64,000 nucleotides of DNA from Nitrospirota bacterium. Its GTDB lineage: Bacteria > Nitrospirota > JACRHJ01. The stretch lies in the NCBI GenBank assembly GCA_963845245.1, contig CAWJRJ010000020.1:32001-96000 (forward strand), written 5' to 3'. Every line of letters begins with the position of its first letter. Position 1 is the first letter of the stretch. Below, one piece after another: positions 41,866 through 53,331 of the stretch. Below the pieces are notes generated by a model. That model did not search any database. It saw only the letters and a program-made list of their open reading frames with translations, and was not told the origin of the DNA. The translations under genes were made by a program, and so were the position numbers.

Positions 41866-42935
41866 TTCCAGGTCCTCAACTTCCTGTAAAAACTGTCGCG
41901 CTCTACAGGCTTCTTGCCAGCTTTTTTAATAAGTGCCGCGATCTCTTCAACCGACATGGATTCTTTGGTTTTCCCCCCGGCGGCGTGAGTGATCTTTTCT
42001 TCTATGACCGTGCCGTCCAGATCGTCCGCGCCGAAAAGCAGCGCTGTCTGGGCCAGCTTTTCTCCGGTCATTATCCAGTAGGCTTTTATGTGGTCGAAAT
42101 TGTCCAGATATATCCTTGATATGGCAATAGTCTTTAAAATATCGATCCCGCTGACCGGGTGGCTTTCCGTTATGTCCGTATTCTTTGCATGGAAGGGCAG
42201 GGGGATAAATGCCAAAAACCCACCGGTTTTGTCTTGCAGAGCCCGAAGCCTTCTCAAGTGGTCGACCCTGTCAGAGTAGGACTCGAGGTGGCCGAAGAGC
42301 ATTGTTGCGTTTGTCTTTATCCCGGTTTTGTGCGCCGTTTCCATGATCTGGAGCCAACGTTTTGCGTTTATCTTTTCAGGGCAAAGTCTCGAACGTACCC
42401 CGCTTTTGAATATTTCCGCACCGCCGCCAGGCATCGTGTCAAGTCCGGATGACCTCAATACTTCAAGTACACGTTTAATTGTTAAGCCTGAACTATTTGA
42501 AAGATAGTCTATTTCTACGGCTGTTAGTGCCTTTATCGAAACCGTAGGTACGGCCTGTTTCAATGAGTCGAAAAGCTTCGAGTAGAACGCGAGGTCCATC
42601 TCCGGGTTAAGGCCGCCGACGATGTGAAGTTCACTGACCTTGCCCTCCATATCTTTTGCTTTCTGTACCATTTCATCAATGGTAAATGAATATGCGCCAT
42701 CTTCGCCGGCACTTTTGCTGAAGGCGCAAAATTTACACCTATTAATACATATATTGCCAGGGTTTATGTGCATATTCCTGCTAAAATACTTTATGTTTTT
42801 GTTCTTTTTCTCGCACATGTGATTTGCGAGCTCGCCAAGCGAGAACAAGTCATCGGAGTTAAATAATTCGATGGCCTCTTTGTCTTCGAGCCGGCCTCCA
42901 TTGGCAAGCCTTTTTTTCAGTTCTTTAAAATTCAT
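41862..42935 (-). CDS. mqnE: Aminofutalosine synthase
   Basis: HINPGNICINRCKFCAF, ELHIVGG, MPGGGAEIF, HIKAYWIM, DLDGTVIEEKI. Confidence 0.9.
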   Translation of the reverse strand: MNFKELKKRLANGGRLEDKEAIELFNSDDLFSLGELANHMCEKKNKNIKYFSRNMHINPGNICINRCKFCAFSKSAGEDGAYSFTIDEMVQKAKDMEGKVSELHIVGGLNPEMDLAFYSKLFDSLKQAVPTVSIKALTAVEIDYLSNSSGLTIKRVLEVLRSSGLDTMPGGGAEIFKSGVRSRLCPEKINAKRWLQIMETAHKTGIKTNATMLFGHLESYSDRVDHLRRLRALQDKTGGFLAFIPLPFHAKNTDITESHPVSGIDILKTIAISRIYLDNFDHIKAYWIMTGEKLAQTALLFGADDLDGTVIEEKITHAAGGKTKESMSVEEIAALIKKAGKKPVERDSFYRKLRTWN

Positions 42936-44178
42936 AGCATGTTTGTCCATCTTTTGAGTATATCGCCTTCCCCTGTACCATGGTGAGCGCAATGTCATCC
43001 TTCTTCGTATTGAGAAGGAGTAGTTGGTATGGGTCTTTATTAGTGACGGCGGGCGTGTCGATAGCTATAATGTCGGCATCCTTGCCGGGTTCCAGGGAGC
43101 CGGTTACTTTCCCAATGCCCAAGGCGTTTGCCCCGTTAATAGTAGCCATCTCAATGACCTTGCGGGCAGGCAGTTTGTTGACTAGGTATGCAAACCGCAT
43201 CTCGTTCCACATGTTCAGGTCAAGGTTGCTGGCCAGGCTATCCGTTCCGATCCCGACATTGATTCCTGCGTCCAGCATCTCACCGACCGGTGCCAGGCCG
43301 GCATTAAGGAAGTGGTTGCTCCTGGGGCAGTGGGCTACTGATGCCCCGGCTGATTTTAGAAGTGCCATGTCCCGTTTATCAACATGTACTGAATGGACGG
43401 CAATACAGTTATTCAGCAGTTTGTGTTTATTGAGAAAAGATACCGACGACCTGCCCCTGTTTGGTTTTAGGGCATCCCAACCAAACTTTTTCATATACCT
43501 GTCAATAGCCGAAGGTTTTCCCTGTATGTAAAGATATTCATCAATAGTTTCAGATATATGAACTGATAAACTTAATCTGTTAGTTGAACTTAAATTAGAT
43601 AACATACTAATAAGCTTAGATGAAACAGAATAGGGAGCGTGTGGAGACAGTCCGGCCATAATGCGGTCCGGTAATGTGTCGAGACCCTTAAGTCTGTCTT
43701 GCAGTAGCTTCATTATAGTATTGGCGTGGCGTTCATCCATGCCAAGTACCTCAAGATAAACCATCGCCCTGATGCCACTTTTAATAAGGTATGGAAGCGA
43801 CGTCTCACGCGATGATGTGTCTGCTATGCATGTCGTGCCTGTTTTTATAGATTCCCGGAGGCCTGCCGCGGCCGATTCAGCGGCGATTGCCGCGTTCTCT
43901 TTTTTTCTTAGTTCCACTAACGTCATAACCCATTCAAAAAAAACAGGTTTTTCTCCGATAAGGTTCTTCAGCCAGGATAATTCCAGGTGGGCATGGAGGT
44001 TTATCAGTCCCGGCATGATCAATCTGTCTTTAAGGTCGACGATACGCTCTTTCGGATATTTTCTCAGTATCGTCTTTTGCGTACCGAGTGCTTCGATTTT
44101 ATTATTCTTTATTAGAAGCGCGCCATTTTCGATGTCCGGAGACGTAATTGGCAGGATCTTTCTGGCAAGGATTATCAT
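42925..44178 (-). CDS. Metal-dependent amidohydrolase, candidate aminofutalosine deaminase
   Basis: PGLINLHAHLELS, SPHAPYS, HISET, HCPRSN, GTDSLASN; overlaps mqnE start. Confidence 0.75.
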   Translation of the reverse strand: MIILARKILPITSPDIENGALLIKNNKIEALGTQKTILRKYPKERIVDLKDRLIMPGLINLHAHLELSWLKNLIGEKPVFFEWVMTLVELRKKENAAIAAESAAAGLRESIKTGTTCIADTSSRETSLPYLIKSGIRAMVYLEVLGMDERHANTIMKLLQDRLKGLDTLPDRIMAGLSPHAPYSVSSKLISMLSNLSSTNRLSLSVHISETIDEYLYIQGKPSAIDRYMKKFGWDALKPNRGRSSVSFLNKHKLLNNCIAVHSVHVDKRDMALLKSAGASVAHCPRSNHFLNAGLAPVGEMLDAGINVGIGTDSLASNLDLNMWNEMRFAYLVNKLPARKVIEMATINGANALGIGKVTGSLEPGKDADIIAIDTPAVTNKDPYQLLLLNTKKDDIALTMVQGKAIYSKDGQTCYEF

Positions 44179-44189
44179 TTCTTAGAACA

Positions 44190-44217
44190 ACGTCCTATAA
44201 GATATATTATGTAAACA
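44190..44217 (+). other. dif: dif site (XerC/XerD chromosome dimer resolution)
   Basis: ACGTCCTATAA-GATATA-TTATGTAAACA, 11-6-11 layout close to B. subtilis dif ACTTCCTAGAA-TATATA-TTATGTAAACT; intergenic. Confidence 0.88.
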
Positions 44218-44222
44218 CGTGG

Positions 44223-45413
44223 CTATGGATTGCTCGATATGTCGTCTTGGGTGTTCAGGGTTTTGTCTGGTCCGGCGCTAACTATAGATAACTCGCCATT
44301 TCCTGTGGAAGGGACGGTCGAATAAGATTGCCCCCATGGGTCGGCCAAAACACCTGTAGAAGAAATGTATTCAAGCTTGTTAAGGTCGGACAGCGTAGTA
44401 GGGTACCCACCTGAATCCAGATAATAAAGAGACAGGTTTTCTTCCAGCATCTTAACCTGTGAAAGGGCATAGGACTCCTTTAAGTCCTCGAAACCTGTTT
44501 GTCTTGGGTTCATTATTTTCCTGGTGCCGGTTACCTGAACAAAAAATACTGCTAATGCCAGGACTATGGCAATATATGAAAACCGTGCAACATTTAATGG
44601 TATTGTGAATTTTTTCTCTGTCGGGACAGTAATATCTCCAACCAGGGTATCTCTTTTGTGACTAATGCCTTTAAAAATGTATTCTTTGTCGATAAGTTCC
44701 ACAAGCGCTTTGCATGTGTCAAATTCACCCAGGCCGGAATACTCTATAACTTCATACGCGCTTCGTTTACCATCAATGAGTTTTAAGACCTTGATGGAAT
44801 CTTTCGATAAAGTGTCTTTGCTTTTCTCGAACCCTCCGAATATGTCATCACCCGCAAGTTCCTCTTCGTTGATAACATCCTGTTTGGCTGTAAGTATCGT
44901 ATCGCTGTCGGGAAGGCTTCGCTCTATAATAGGCCACTCGTCGAGCATCCGGATTCCGTCCATCAGAATATGTTCTGAGCTTATTGGAACAACCGTGTCT
45001 CGGTCATAGTCGACCTTGTCCTGATAAAATTTGTAATCTCCACCCTTCCATCTGAATACCTTGTAGATTGTCTCGCTCATCTGAAACGATAAGGTTTCTC
45101 GCAGGTCGTCCTTGGTGATAAGTCCTTGACCGACAAGTATGTGGCCAATTTTCTGCATTGTGTTTTTTTGGATTTCAAGGGCTTCAATCACTTGGCTTTC
45201 AGTTATTTTTCCACGACTTACAAGTATCCTGCCGAAAAGGTACTTAGGCCTCTTCTGGCTGTCCTCGGTCTTGACTACCATCCCATCTTCAAAATGGATA
45301 TTGATGGTGTTATCAATTCCCTTCAGGAACAGTATGCCTGTTTTCTTTTGTAAGCCAATGAGTTGGAATATATCAGCTAAACCAAACTCTTTGATTGTAC
45401 CTTCTAATGCCAT
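44223..45413 (-). CDS. DUF4388 + MshEN-like domain protein with TM and C-terminal GspG-like pseudopilin domain
   Basis: MALEGTIKEFGLADIFQLI (DUF4388); two G.ILV..G.IT...L..Q repeats; TM; YYLDSGGYPT...DPWG..Y...SAGPD...DDI. Confidence 0.75.
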   Translation of the reverse strand: MALEGTIKEFGLADIFQLIGLQKKTGILFLKGIDNTINIHFEDGMVVKTEDSQKRPKYLFGRILVSRGKITESQVIEALEIQKNTMQKIGHILVGQGLITKDDLRETLSFQMSETIYKVFRWKGGDYKFYQDKVDYDRDTVVPISSEHILMDGIRMLDEWPIIERSLPDSDTILTAKQDVINEEELAGDDIFGGFEKSKDTLSKDSIKVLKLIDGKRSAYEVIEYSGLGEFDTCKALVELIDKEYIFKGISHKRDTLVGDITVPTEKKFTIPLNVARFSYIAIVLALAVFFVQVTGTRKIMNPRQTGFEDLKESYALSQVKMLEENLSLYYLDSGGYPTTLSDLNKLEYISSTGVLADPWGQSYSTVPSTGNGELSIVSAGPDKTLNTQDDISSNP

Positions 45414-45422
45414 AATTTATCT

Positions 45423-47291
45423 CTATTTTGTAATCCTGTGGGTATCCAACTGCGCAACTATATAGAAAAAGAACAGCAACAGCCCCATCAAAATAAGGTC
45501 AGGCTGTAAAAATGGCAGCCTGAAATCATAAGGCACTTCGAAGAATTGCCCGAAGAAGATGTCTTTTATCATGAAAATGAAAACTCCAGCAAATAGAAAG
45601 CCCCTCAAAGGGTGGCCCATGAGAAAATGACCGCTGCCAGGCAATATCAGTGCCGAGATTCTAAAGACGAGGCCGGATTTTTGGTGGTTTTCCCTGATTT
45701 CCAACATCTTCCTCACTCGGTCCTTTGCCTCAACCCCCTCCAGCTTTACAAAAATCTGATGACACTGAGGGCAGAGTTCCTTGCTATAGAAGGGTTTCTG
45801 GCATTTTCTGCAACTCACCTTGCCGCATTTATTGCAGTAGTGGGAGTTGACCCTTTTTTTCCTGAAGGCATTGAAGCTTAATGCCAGGACGATAAAAGAT
45901 ATGCCGGCAAGCCTGGTCCCACGCAGAGGGAGAACCTTTACGGAAGTATCCCAGAACGATGCCGCAAGGATATCGTTTTTGGATGAGAAAGCCATTCGCC
46001 AAAGGGCTTCTGACGGCAAGGGCTCGTCAAAAACCATGCGTCCTGGTGTTGAACCTTCAAGGTCTCTTATCTTAGCCACCGCTACTGGGTCCAGTTCCCT
46101 GGCAGCCAGGTCCGCATGTTCCCTTTCGGTAAACATAAGGCTTTCGCCGTACACCTGGCTCAGGTTAAAGTAGGGCAGGACCCTTTTAGAATCAAACTGG
46201 ATCGCCGTGTTAAAATCTTTGATCGCTTCTTCCTTATTACCGGCCAGAAAATGCACATTACCCAGATTGTTCCAGTAGATGGCCGATTGAGGACGGATTT
46301 CAATAAGTTTTTCGTAGGTTACAGCAGATTCATTGAAGAGCCCTGATTTTCTTTGAAACTGTGCAAGGGACATCAGTGCCGTCTCATTAGCCGGATTTGA
46401 TTCTATATATGACTCAAGGTATTCCTTTGTCCCGTCCTTTATCTGGCCCTTGTTTACCTCGTCCATCACCCATATAAGCCTGTTCCCGCTTCCATCAAGG
46501 AAACCGGCTAAATAGGACATGACATCAGGCATGAATATTAGTAGTATGAAGAATGTTATGGAGAGGAACTTCTCTTTCTTGTTGAAATAAACCCATAAAG
46601 CGAGGAATGAGATCGTAACCGCCCACCAGTAGCCAAGCGCTATCAAGATTATCAGGAAAAAGGCCGGTATAATAAAATGCTTGAGTAGTTCCTCTAAGTG
46701 CGGTTTTTTTAACGATTCCGAAATATCGTGGGCAAGTAGCGACGTATACCTTATGACCATGAAAAGCCCGAACAAGGAAAACAACACTGCAAGCGTAAAC
46801 AACGCACTTGTGAATTTGTTGCCCGCATAAAAGAAGACCCACCAGAAGTCGTTTACGGAGTTACGAAACCCTTCAATAAACGAGTCGATAAATACAAGAG
46901 CCTTAAGCTTGTCTTGCGATAAATATGCCCACCCGCGGGCATAATATGGTGGAGGATAATTGGGAGATATCTGTATAGCGGCGTCAAAAAGAAGCAGCGC
47001 GCCTTTAACATCTTTCGCCTGAAGCAGGAATTTGCCCTGTTTTACCATTGAGGCGGAGAGCTCCTCGAAAGAGGTGATGCCCCGGTCAAGGCACATGCCC
47101 TCTATTTCTTTGAGGCCGGCCCCGGCGCGGTCGAAGTCGTGAGCGGAGATATCTTTTTTTACAGCCGCCCACTTAGGGTAGATATCCTTGATGTTTGAAA
47201 CGGACTTGTCGCCCGGCTGTGCCAGTGCAAGCGACACGCCCGACGAAAGGCAAATGGAAATGGCAACAATCAGAATTATTATTCTTTTCAT
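45423..47291 (-). CDS. Multi-pass membrane TPR protein with Cys-rich motif
   Basis: Signal peptide, TPR repeats (NNLGNVHF), several TMs, CNKCG..CRKC...CPQC, ILPGSGH. Confidence 0.75.
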   Translation of the reverse strand: MKRIIILIVAISICLSSGVSLALAQPGDKSVSNIKDIYPKWAAVKKDISAHDFDRAGAGLKEIEGMCLDRGITSFEELSASMVKQGKFLLQAKDVKGALLLFDAAIQISPNYPPPYYARGWAYLSQDKLKALVFIDSFIEGFRNSVNDFWWVFFYAGNKFTSALFTLAVLFSLFGLFMVIRYTSLLAHDISESLKKPHLEELLKHFIIPAFFLIILIALGYWWAVTISFLALWVYFNKKEKFLSITFFILLIFMPDVMSYLAGFLDGSGNRLIWVMDEVNKGQIKDGTKEYLESYIESNPANETALMSLAQFQRKSGLFNESAVTYEKLIEIRPQSAIYWNNLGNVHFLAGNKEEAIKDFNTAIQFDSKRVLPYFNLSQVYGESLMFTEREHADLAARELDPVAVAKIRDLEGSTPGRMVFDEPLPSEALWRMAFSSKNDILAASFWDTSVKVLPLRGTRLAGISFIVLALSFNAFRKKRVNSHYCNKCGKVSCRKCQKPFYSKELCPQCHQIFVKLEGVEAKDRVRKMLEIRENHQKSGLVFRISALILPGSGHFLMGHPLRGFLFAGVFIFMIKDIFFGQFFEVPYDFRLPFLQPDLILMGLLLFFFYIVAQLDTHRITK

Positions 47292-47305
47292 AGGTCTGGT
47301 AACCT

Positions 47306-47896
47306 TTATTGCCTGTTTTTTTGCCCTATCCTAGATTCCTCACCCTTGAGAAGCCTTCCGATATTCTCCATGTGTTTGAAGAATATGAGGCAGGTGAGGA
47401 ATACGGTCAACGTCAAAAGCGGTCTGCCGCTTTGTTTGTCCAAGAGGACCATAAAAGGAACTGCGGCAAAGCTTGCCAGAGCTCCAAGAGACGATATCCT
47501 GAATATGGCGACTGTCACCAGCCATATAGCGAGCGCAGCCAGAGTAAGAAGTGGCTCAAGTGCCAGCAGTACGCCAAAACTTGTAGCGACCCCCTTGCCC
47601 CCCTTGAAACCGGTAAAAACGGTGAAGTCGTGCCCGATTACCGCAGCGGCCGCAGCAATAAGCGCAGTTTCATATCCCCCGAACCGCAGCGCAAGGTAGA
47701 CCGCAACGGAACCCTTCAGCATATCTCCAAGGAGGGTGATGACACCCGCTTTCCTGCCCATCACCCTGAGGGCGTTTGTAGCCCCTATATTGCCGCTCCC
47801 CTGCTCTCGCAGGTTTACATTGTAAAAGCGCGCGACTATAACCCCGAAGGGGATGCTGCCGATCAAGTATGCGGCGGCAACCAGTACCCACCGCAT
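47306..47896 (-). CDS. plsY: Glycerol-3-phosphate acyltransferase PlsY
   Basis: YLIGSIPFG, GSGNIGATN, FKGGKGVAT, HMENI.RL..GEE. Confidence 0.96.
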   Translation of the reverse strand: MRWVLVAAAYLIGSIPFGVIVARFYNVNLREQGSGNIGATNALRVMGRKAGVITLLGDMLKGSVAVYLALRFGGYETALIAAAAAVIGHDFTVFTGFKGGKGVATSFGVLLALEPLLTLAALAIWLVTVAIFRISSLGALASFAAVPFMVLLDKQSGRPLLTLTVFLTCLIFFKHMENIGRLLKGEESRIGQKNRQ

Positions 47897-48472
47897 TTAA
47901 TTGTCTCCTCTAAGCCCTATCTTGTCCCAGAAATTAATGAAATACTGGGCTCCGGAAAGGACCGCAAGCACCATGGCAATCCAGATTGCAACGGTCCCGA
48001 CCAAATATGGGTCAAGAAAACTTACCCTCATGCTCAAATCCAGAAGTAGCGCTATTATAGCTACAGCCTGGAAGAACATCTTAAGCTTGCCGCCATCGTA
48101 GGCCGGTATGATATGGCCCTCTGAAGCCGCCGCTGCCCGGAGCCCTGTTACCGCGAACTCCCTGCCTATTATGACTATAGCAAGCCACCCTGATAACTGG
48201 TTCAGCGCTACTAGCAGTATCAGGGCTGAAGATGTAAGCAGTTTGTCGGCAATCGGGTCAAAGAGCTTTCCCGCTTTTGTGATCTGACCAGTCTTTCTTG
48301 CTATATAGCCGTCCAGCCAGTCCGTGATCGATGCTATAAAAAATATTATAGTAGCCAGGAGGGCCCGGTCCTCCAAAGGCATCCCAAAAGGGGAAAAACC
48401 CGAGGAGAGGAAAAAAATAAAGACGGGTATCAGTAAAACCCTGGCAAACGTTAGGGTGTTCGGAAGGTTCAA
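47897..48472 (-). CDS. pgsA: CDP-diacylglycerol--glycerol-3-phosphate 3-phosphatidyltransferase
   Basis: NLPNTLT, TDWLDGYIAR, GKLFDPIADK, REFAVTGLR; TTG start at 48472. Confidence 0.93.
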   Translation of the reverse strand: MNLPNTLTFARVLLIPVFIFFLSSGFSPFGMPLEDRALLATIIFFIASITDWLDGYIARKTGQITKAGKLFDPIADKLLTSSALILLVALNQLSGWLAIVIIGREFAVTGLRAAAASEGHIIPAYDGGKLKMFFQAVAIIALLLDLSMRVSFLDPYLVGTVAIWIAMVLAVLSGAQYFINFWDKIGLRGDN

Positions 48473-48542
48473 AAGGGCTCTCCACGGGCAAATTTTCAAA
48501 GGTCCAAGCCTGTAAGATTTTACAGTATAACACTTGGAAATA

Positions 48543-49080
48543 TCAACTAAAATATTTCGCTGTGACGGCCTCCCAGTCGCCCCTGGCCTGAAGCAGCATG
48601 TCAATGACCTCTCTGACCGCCCCCTCGCCCCCATTTCGCGTAGTTATACAGTGGGCGGCATCACGTACGTAGGGCTCGGCATTGGCAACGGCAAAAGAAA
48701 GGCCTACACGCGACATTACGGGTATGTCTACGATGTCGTCCCCGACGTAGGCAGACTCTTCTTCCGTAAGGTTAAGCCTGGCGAGTATCTGCCGGTATGC
48801 CGGTACTTTTTCAAGCGCTCCCTGATATACCTCGTTTATACCGAGTTCTTTTGCCCGTATATCCACGACATCCGACTTGCGCCCGGTTATTATTGCTATG
48901 GTCAACCCTGCCCTCTTGTGCCATCTTGATGCCGTGCCCGTCCCGCACATGGAATGCCTTGATCTCGTTCCTGTTGCTGTCCCATATTATCTGGCCGTTG
49001 GTCATGACACCGTCAACGTCGAGGATAAGCAGTTTTATCTTCTTGGCGCGGGCCAGGAATTCCGATTCGTTCAATACCAA
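48543..49080 (-). CDS. kdsC: KDO 8-phosphate phosphatase (apparent frameshift near 48920)
   Basis: LDVDGVMT, FHVRDGHG, IITGR, YVGDD, GGEGAVRE. Confidence 0.92.
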
Positions 49081-49096
49081 AATCCGTTCCCCTTTC

Positions 49097-50054
49097 TCAT
49101 ACTACTCCGGCCTTCAGGAGGTCGTGCAGGTGCGTTATCCCGGCCGGCCTCCCCTCGCCGTCCACGGAGACGAGCGAGGTTATGGTGTGTTTCTCCATTA
49201 CGGCCACCGCCTCTGCGGCGAGGGCGTCCTTCGATATCATCTTTGGATTTCTGCTTGCAAGCTCTCCGGCAGTCTTGTCGAAGAGGTCCACAGACTTCTC
49301 CAGATACCTCCTGAGGTCGCCGTCGGTTATGACGCCGACAAGCTTTCCGTCAGCGTCCACGACTGTCGTCATGCCCATCTTCTTCGACGTTATCTCAAAA
49401 AGCGCCTCGCGCATCCCGACGGACTCCTTCACAACCGGCAATAGCATCCCCGGTGTGCATCAGGTCTTCCACACGAAGCAGCAGCCTCTTGCCAAGGCTC
49501 CCGCCTGGGTGGAAGCAGGCGAAGTCCTCTTCCTTGAAGCCGCGTTTGTCGAGGAGCGTAATGGCAATCGCGTCGCCCATTGCAAGAGTCGCGGTTGTGG
49601 ATGCGGTCGGGACCAGCCCCATCGGACAGGCCTCTTCCTTAACGCCTACGTCTATCGTCGCGTCGGACGCCTTCGCAAGGGACGAGTTCATCCCGCCGGT
49701 CATGGCTATTACCGGGACGGCCAGCCTTTTAAATACCGGCAGGAGCTTTACAATCTCCTCCGTCTCGCCGGAGTTCGATATCGCGATTATCACGTCGCCC
49801 TTGGTCACCATCCCGAGGTCGCCGTGTATGCCCTCGGCGGGGTGCAGGAAAAGCGCGGGCGTGCCGGTGGAGGCAAGCGTCGCGGCGATCTTCTTGCCGA
49901 TAAGCCCGGACTTGCCCATGCCTGTCACGACTACGCGGCCCTTGCAGGCGAGGATGATATTAACAGCATTCTCGAAGCTGCCGTCTATCTTGTCGATGAG
50001 GGCAAGGATTGCCTCGGCCTCTATGCGTAATACGTTTTTTGCGTTGTTCAGCAT
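49097..50054 (-). CDS. kdsD: Arabinose-5-phosphate isomerase, SIS + CBS (apparent frameshift near 49445)
   Basis: GMGKSG, HPAEGIHGDLG, HPGGSLG, ITDGDLRR, HLHDLL. Confidence 0.93.
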
Positions 50055-50055
50055 C

Positions 50056-50877
50056 CTATCCTCTCAACGCCCCGTCAACCGCAAGTACCTGCTCCATTAT
50101 AGAGACCATCTCAGGCACCGTGACCATGTTCGGCCCGTCGCAGAGCGCCTCGTCCGGGCAAGGGTGGACTTCCATGAATATGCCGTCTATGCCGACCGCC
50201 GCCGCCGCGCGCGCAAGGGGCGCGACGAACTGTCTCTGGCCGGAGCTTGACGTGCCCGCCCCGCCGGGGAGCTGCACGCTGTGCGTCGCGTCGAAGACTA
50301 TCGGGTAGCCCATCGGGCGCATTATGGAGAGCGAGCGGAAGTCCACCACGAGGTTGTTGTACCCGAAGGACACGCCGCGTTCGGTCAGGATCAGATCCTC
50401 CGAGCCAGCCTCTTTGAACTTGGTGATTATGTTCTTCACGTCCGCCGGGGCCATGAACTGGCCCTTCTTCACGTTCACGGGCAGGCCGCACTTGGCAGCC
50501 TTCTGCAACAGGTCGGTCTGGCGGCAGAGGAACGCCGGTATCTGTATGACGTCCAGTACCTCGGAGGCCGGGTCTATCTGTTCAATGCTGTGGATGTCGG
50601 AGATTACCGGGACGCCGAACGTCTTTTTTATCCTCGCAAGTATCCTGAGACCTTCTTCAAGCCCCGGCCCGCGGAACGATGCGCCGGAGCTTCGGTTCGC
50701 CTTATCGTATGACGACTTGAAGATAAAAGGCACCTTCAGCTTCGAAGCCGCCTCGACAATCAACTCGGCGGCGGCCATCGCCTTGTCTTCGGACTCTATG
50801 ACGCACGGCCCGGCGATGAGGACTATCGGGTTGCCCCCGCCGATCTTAACAGACTGAATTGGAATTTCTCTTGTCAT
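50056..50877 (-). CDS. kdsA: KDO 8-phosphate synthase
   Basis: [35 protein letters not shown]. Confidence 0.96.
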   Translation of the reverse strand: MTREIPIQSVKIGGGNPIVLIAGPCVIESEDKAMAAAELIVEAASKLKVPFIFKSSYDKANRSSGASFRGPGLEEGLRILARIKKTFGVPVISDIHSIEQIDPASEVLDVIQIPAFLCRQTDLLQKAAKCGLPVNVKKGQFMAPADVKNIITKFKEAGSEDLILTERGVSFGYNNLVVDFRSLSIMRPMGYPIVFDATHSVQLPGGAGTSSSGQRQFVAPLARAAAAVGIDGIFMEVHPCPDEALCDGPNMVTVPEMVSIMEQVLAVDGALRG

Positions 50878-50935
50878 TCTTTTCCTTCAGTGTCGGCCCT
50901 TCCTGGGCACGGAAGGCGGCACAGGAGGTGAGGGC

Positions 50936-52584
<1,649 letters not shown>

Positions 52585-53331
52585 CTATCTCTCCTTTTGG
52601 ATAAGCCTGATAACCCTATCTAAATCCTCCGGGGTGTCCACCCCGATGGACTCCAGTTCTGTAATGACTACCTTGATCCTCTCGCCGTGGCCCAGTGCGC
52701 GGAGCTGTTCCAGCTTCTCCGTCTGTTCGAGGGCCGTCGGAGGGATTTTAGCATATTTCAACAGGAAATCTCTACGATATACGTAAAGTCCGATGTGTTT
52801 GAGGCAGTTTCCGCCAATAATCGACCCATTCGTCCAGATATCCCTGTGGAACGGTATGGGCGCACGGGAGAAATACAGGGCATACCCACCCTCGTCCAGC
52901 ACCACCTTTACCACGGAAGGGTCGGCTATCTCATCCGACGACGTTATTTCCCTGGCCGCCGTCGCCATGTTAAGCGATGGCTCTGCCAGCAAAGGCTCCA
53001 CAGCCGCATCGATAAGCTCAGGCGGTATAAGCGGCTCGTCTCCCTGGACGTTGACGTATATGTCGGCTTGTATCTTTCCGGCTGCCTCGGCGAGCCTGTC
53101 CGTGCCGGAGGGGTGGTCGGGGCTTGTCATCATGACGTTCCCGCCAAACTCTTGGACGGCGTCATATACCCGCTGGTCGTCAGTGGCCACCCAGACTTCG
53201 TCCACAAGACGGGCCATCTTCGCGCGTTCGTAGACCCGCCAGACCATCGGTTTCCCGTCAATGTCGGCGAGCGGCTTGCCCGGGAGCCTTGTGGACGCGT
53301 ATCTGGCCGGTATTATGGCGGCTACTCTCAA
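52585..53331 (-). CDS. kdsB: 3-deoxy-manno-octulosonate cytidylyltransferase
   Basis: [42 protein letters not shown]. Confidence 0.96.
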   Translation of the reverse strand: MRVAAIIPARYASTRLPGKPLADIDGKPMVWRVYERAKMARLVDEVWVATDDQRVYDAVQEFGGNVMMTSPDHPSGTDRLAEAAGKIQADIYVNVQGDEPLIPPELIDAAVEPLLAEPSLNMATAAREITSSDEIADPSVVKVVLDEGGYALYFSRAPIPFHRDIWTNGSIIGGNCLKHIGLYVYRRDFLLKYAKIPPTALEQTEKLEQLRALGHGERIKVVITELESIGVDTPEDLDRVIRLIQKER

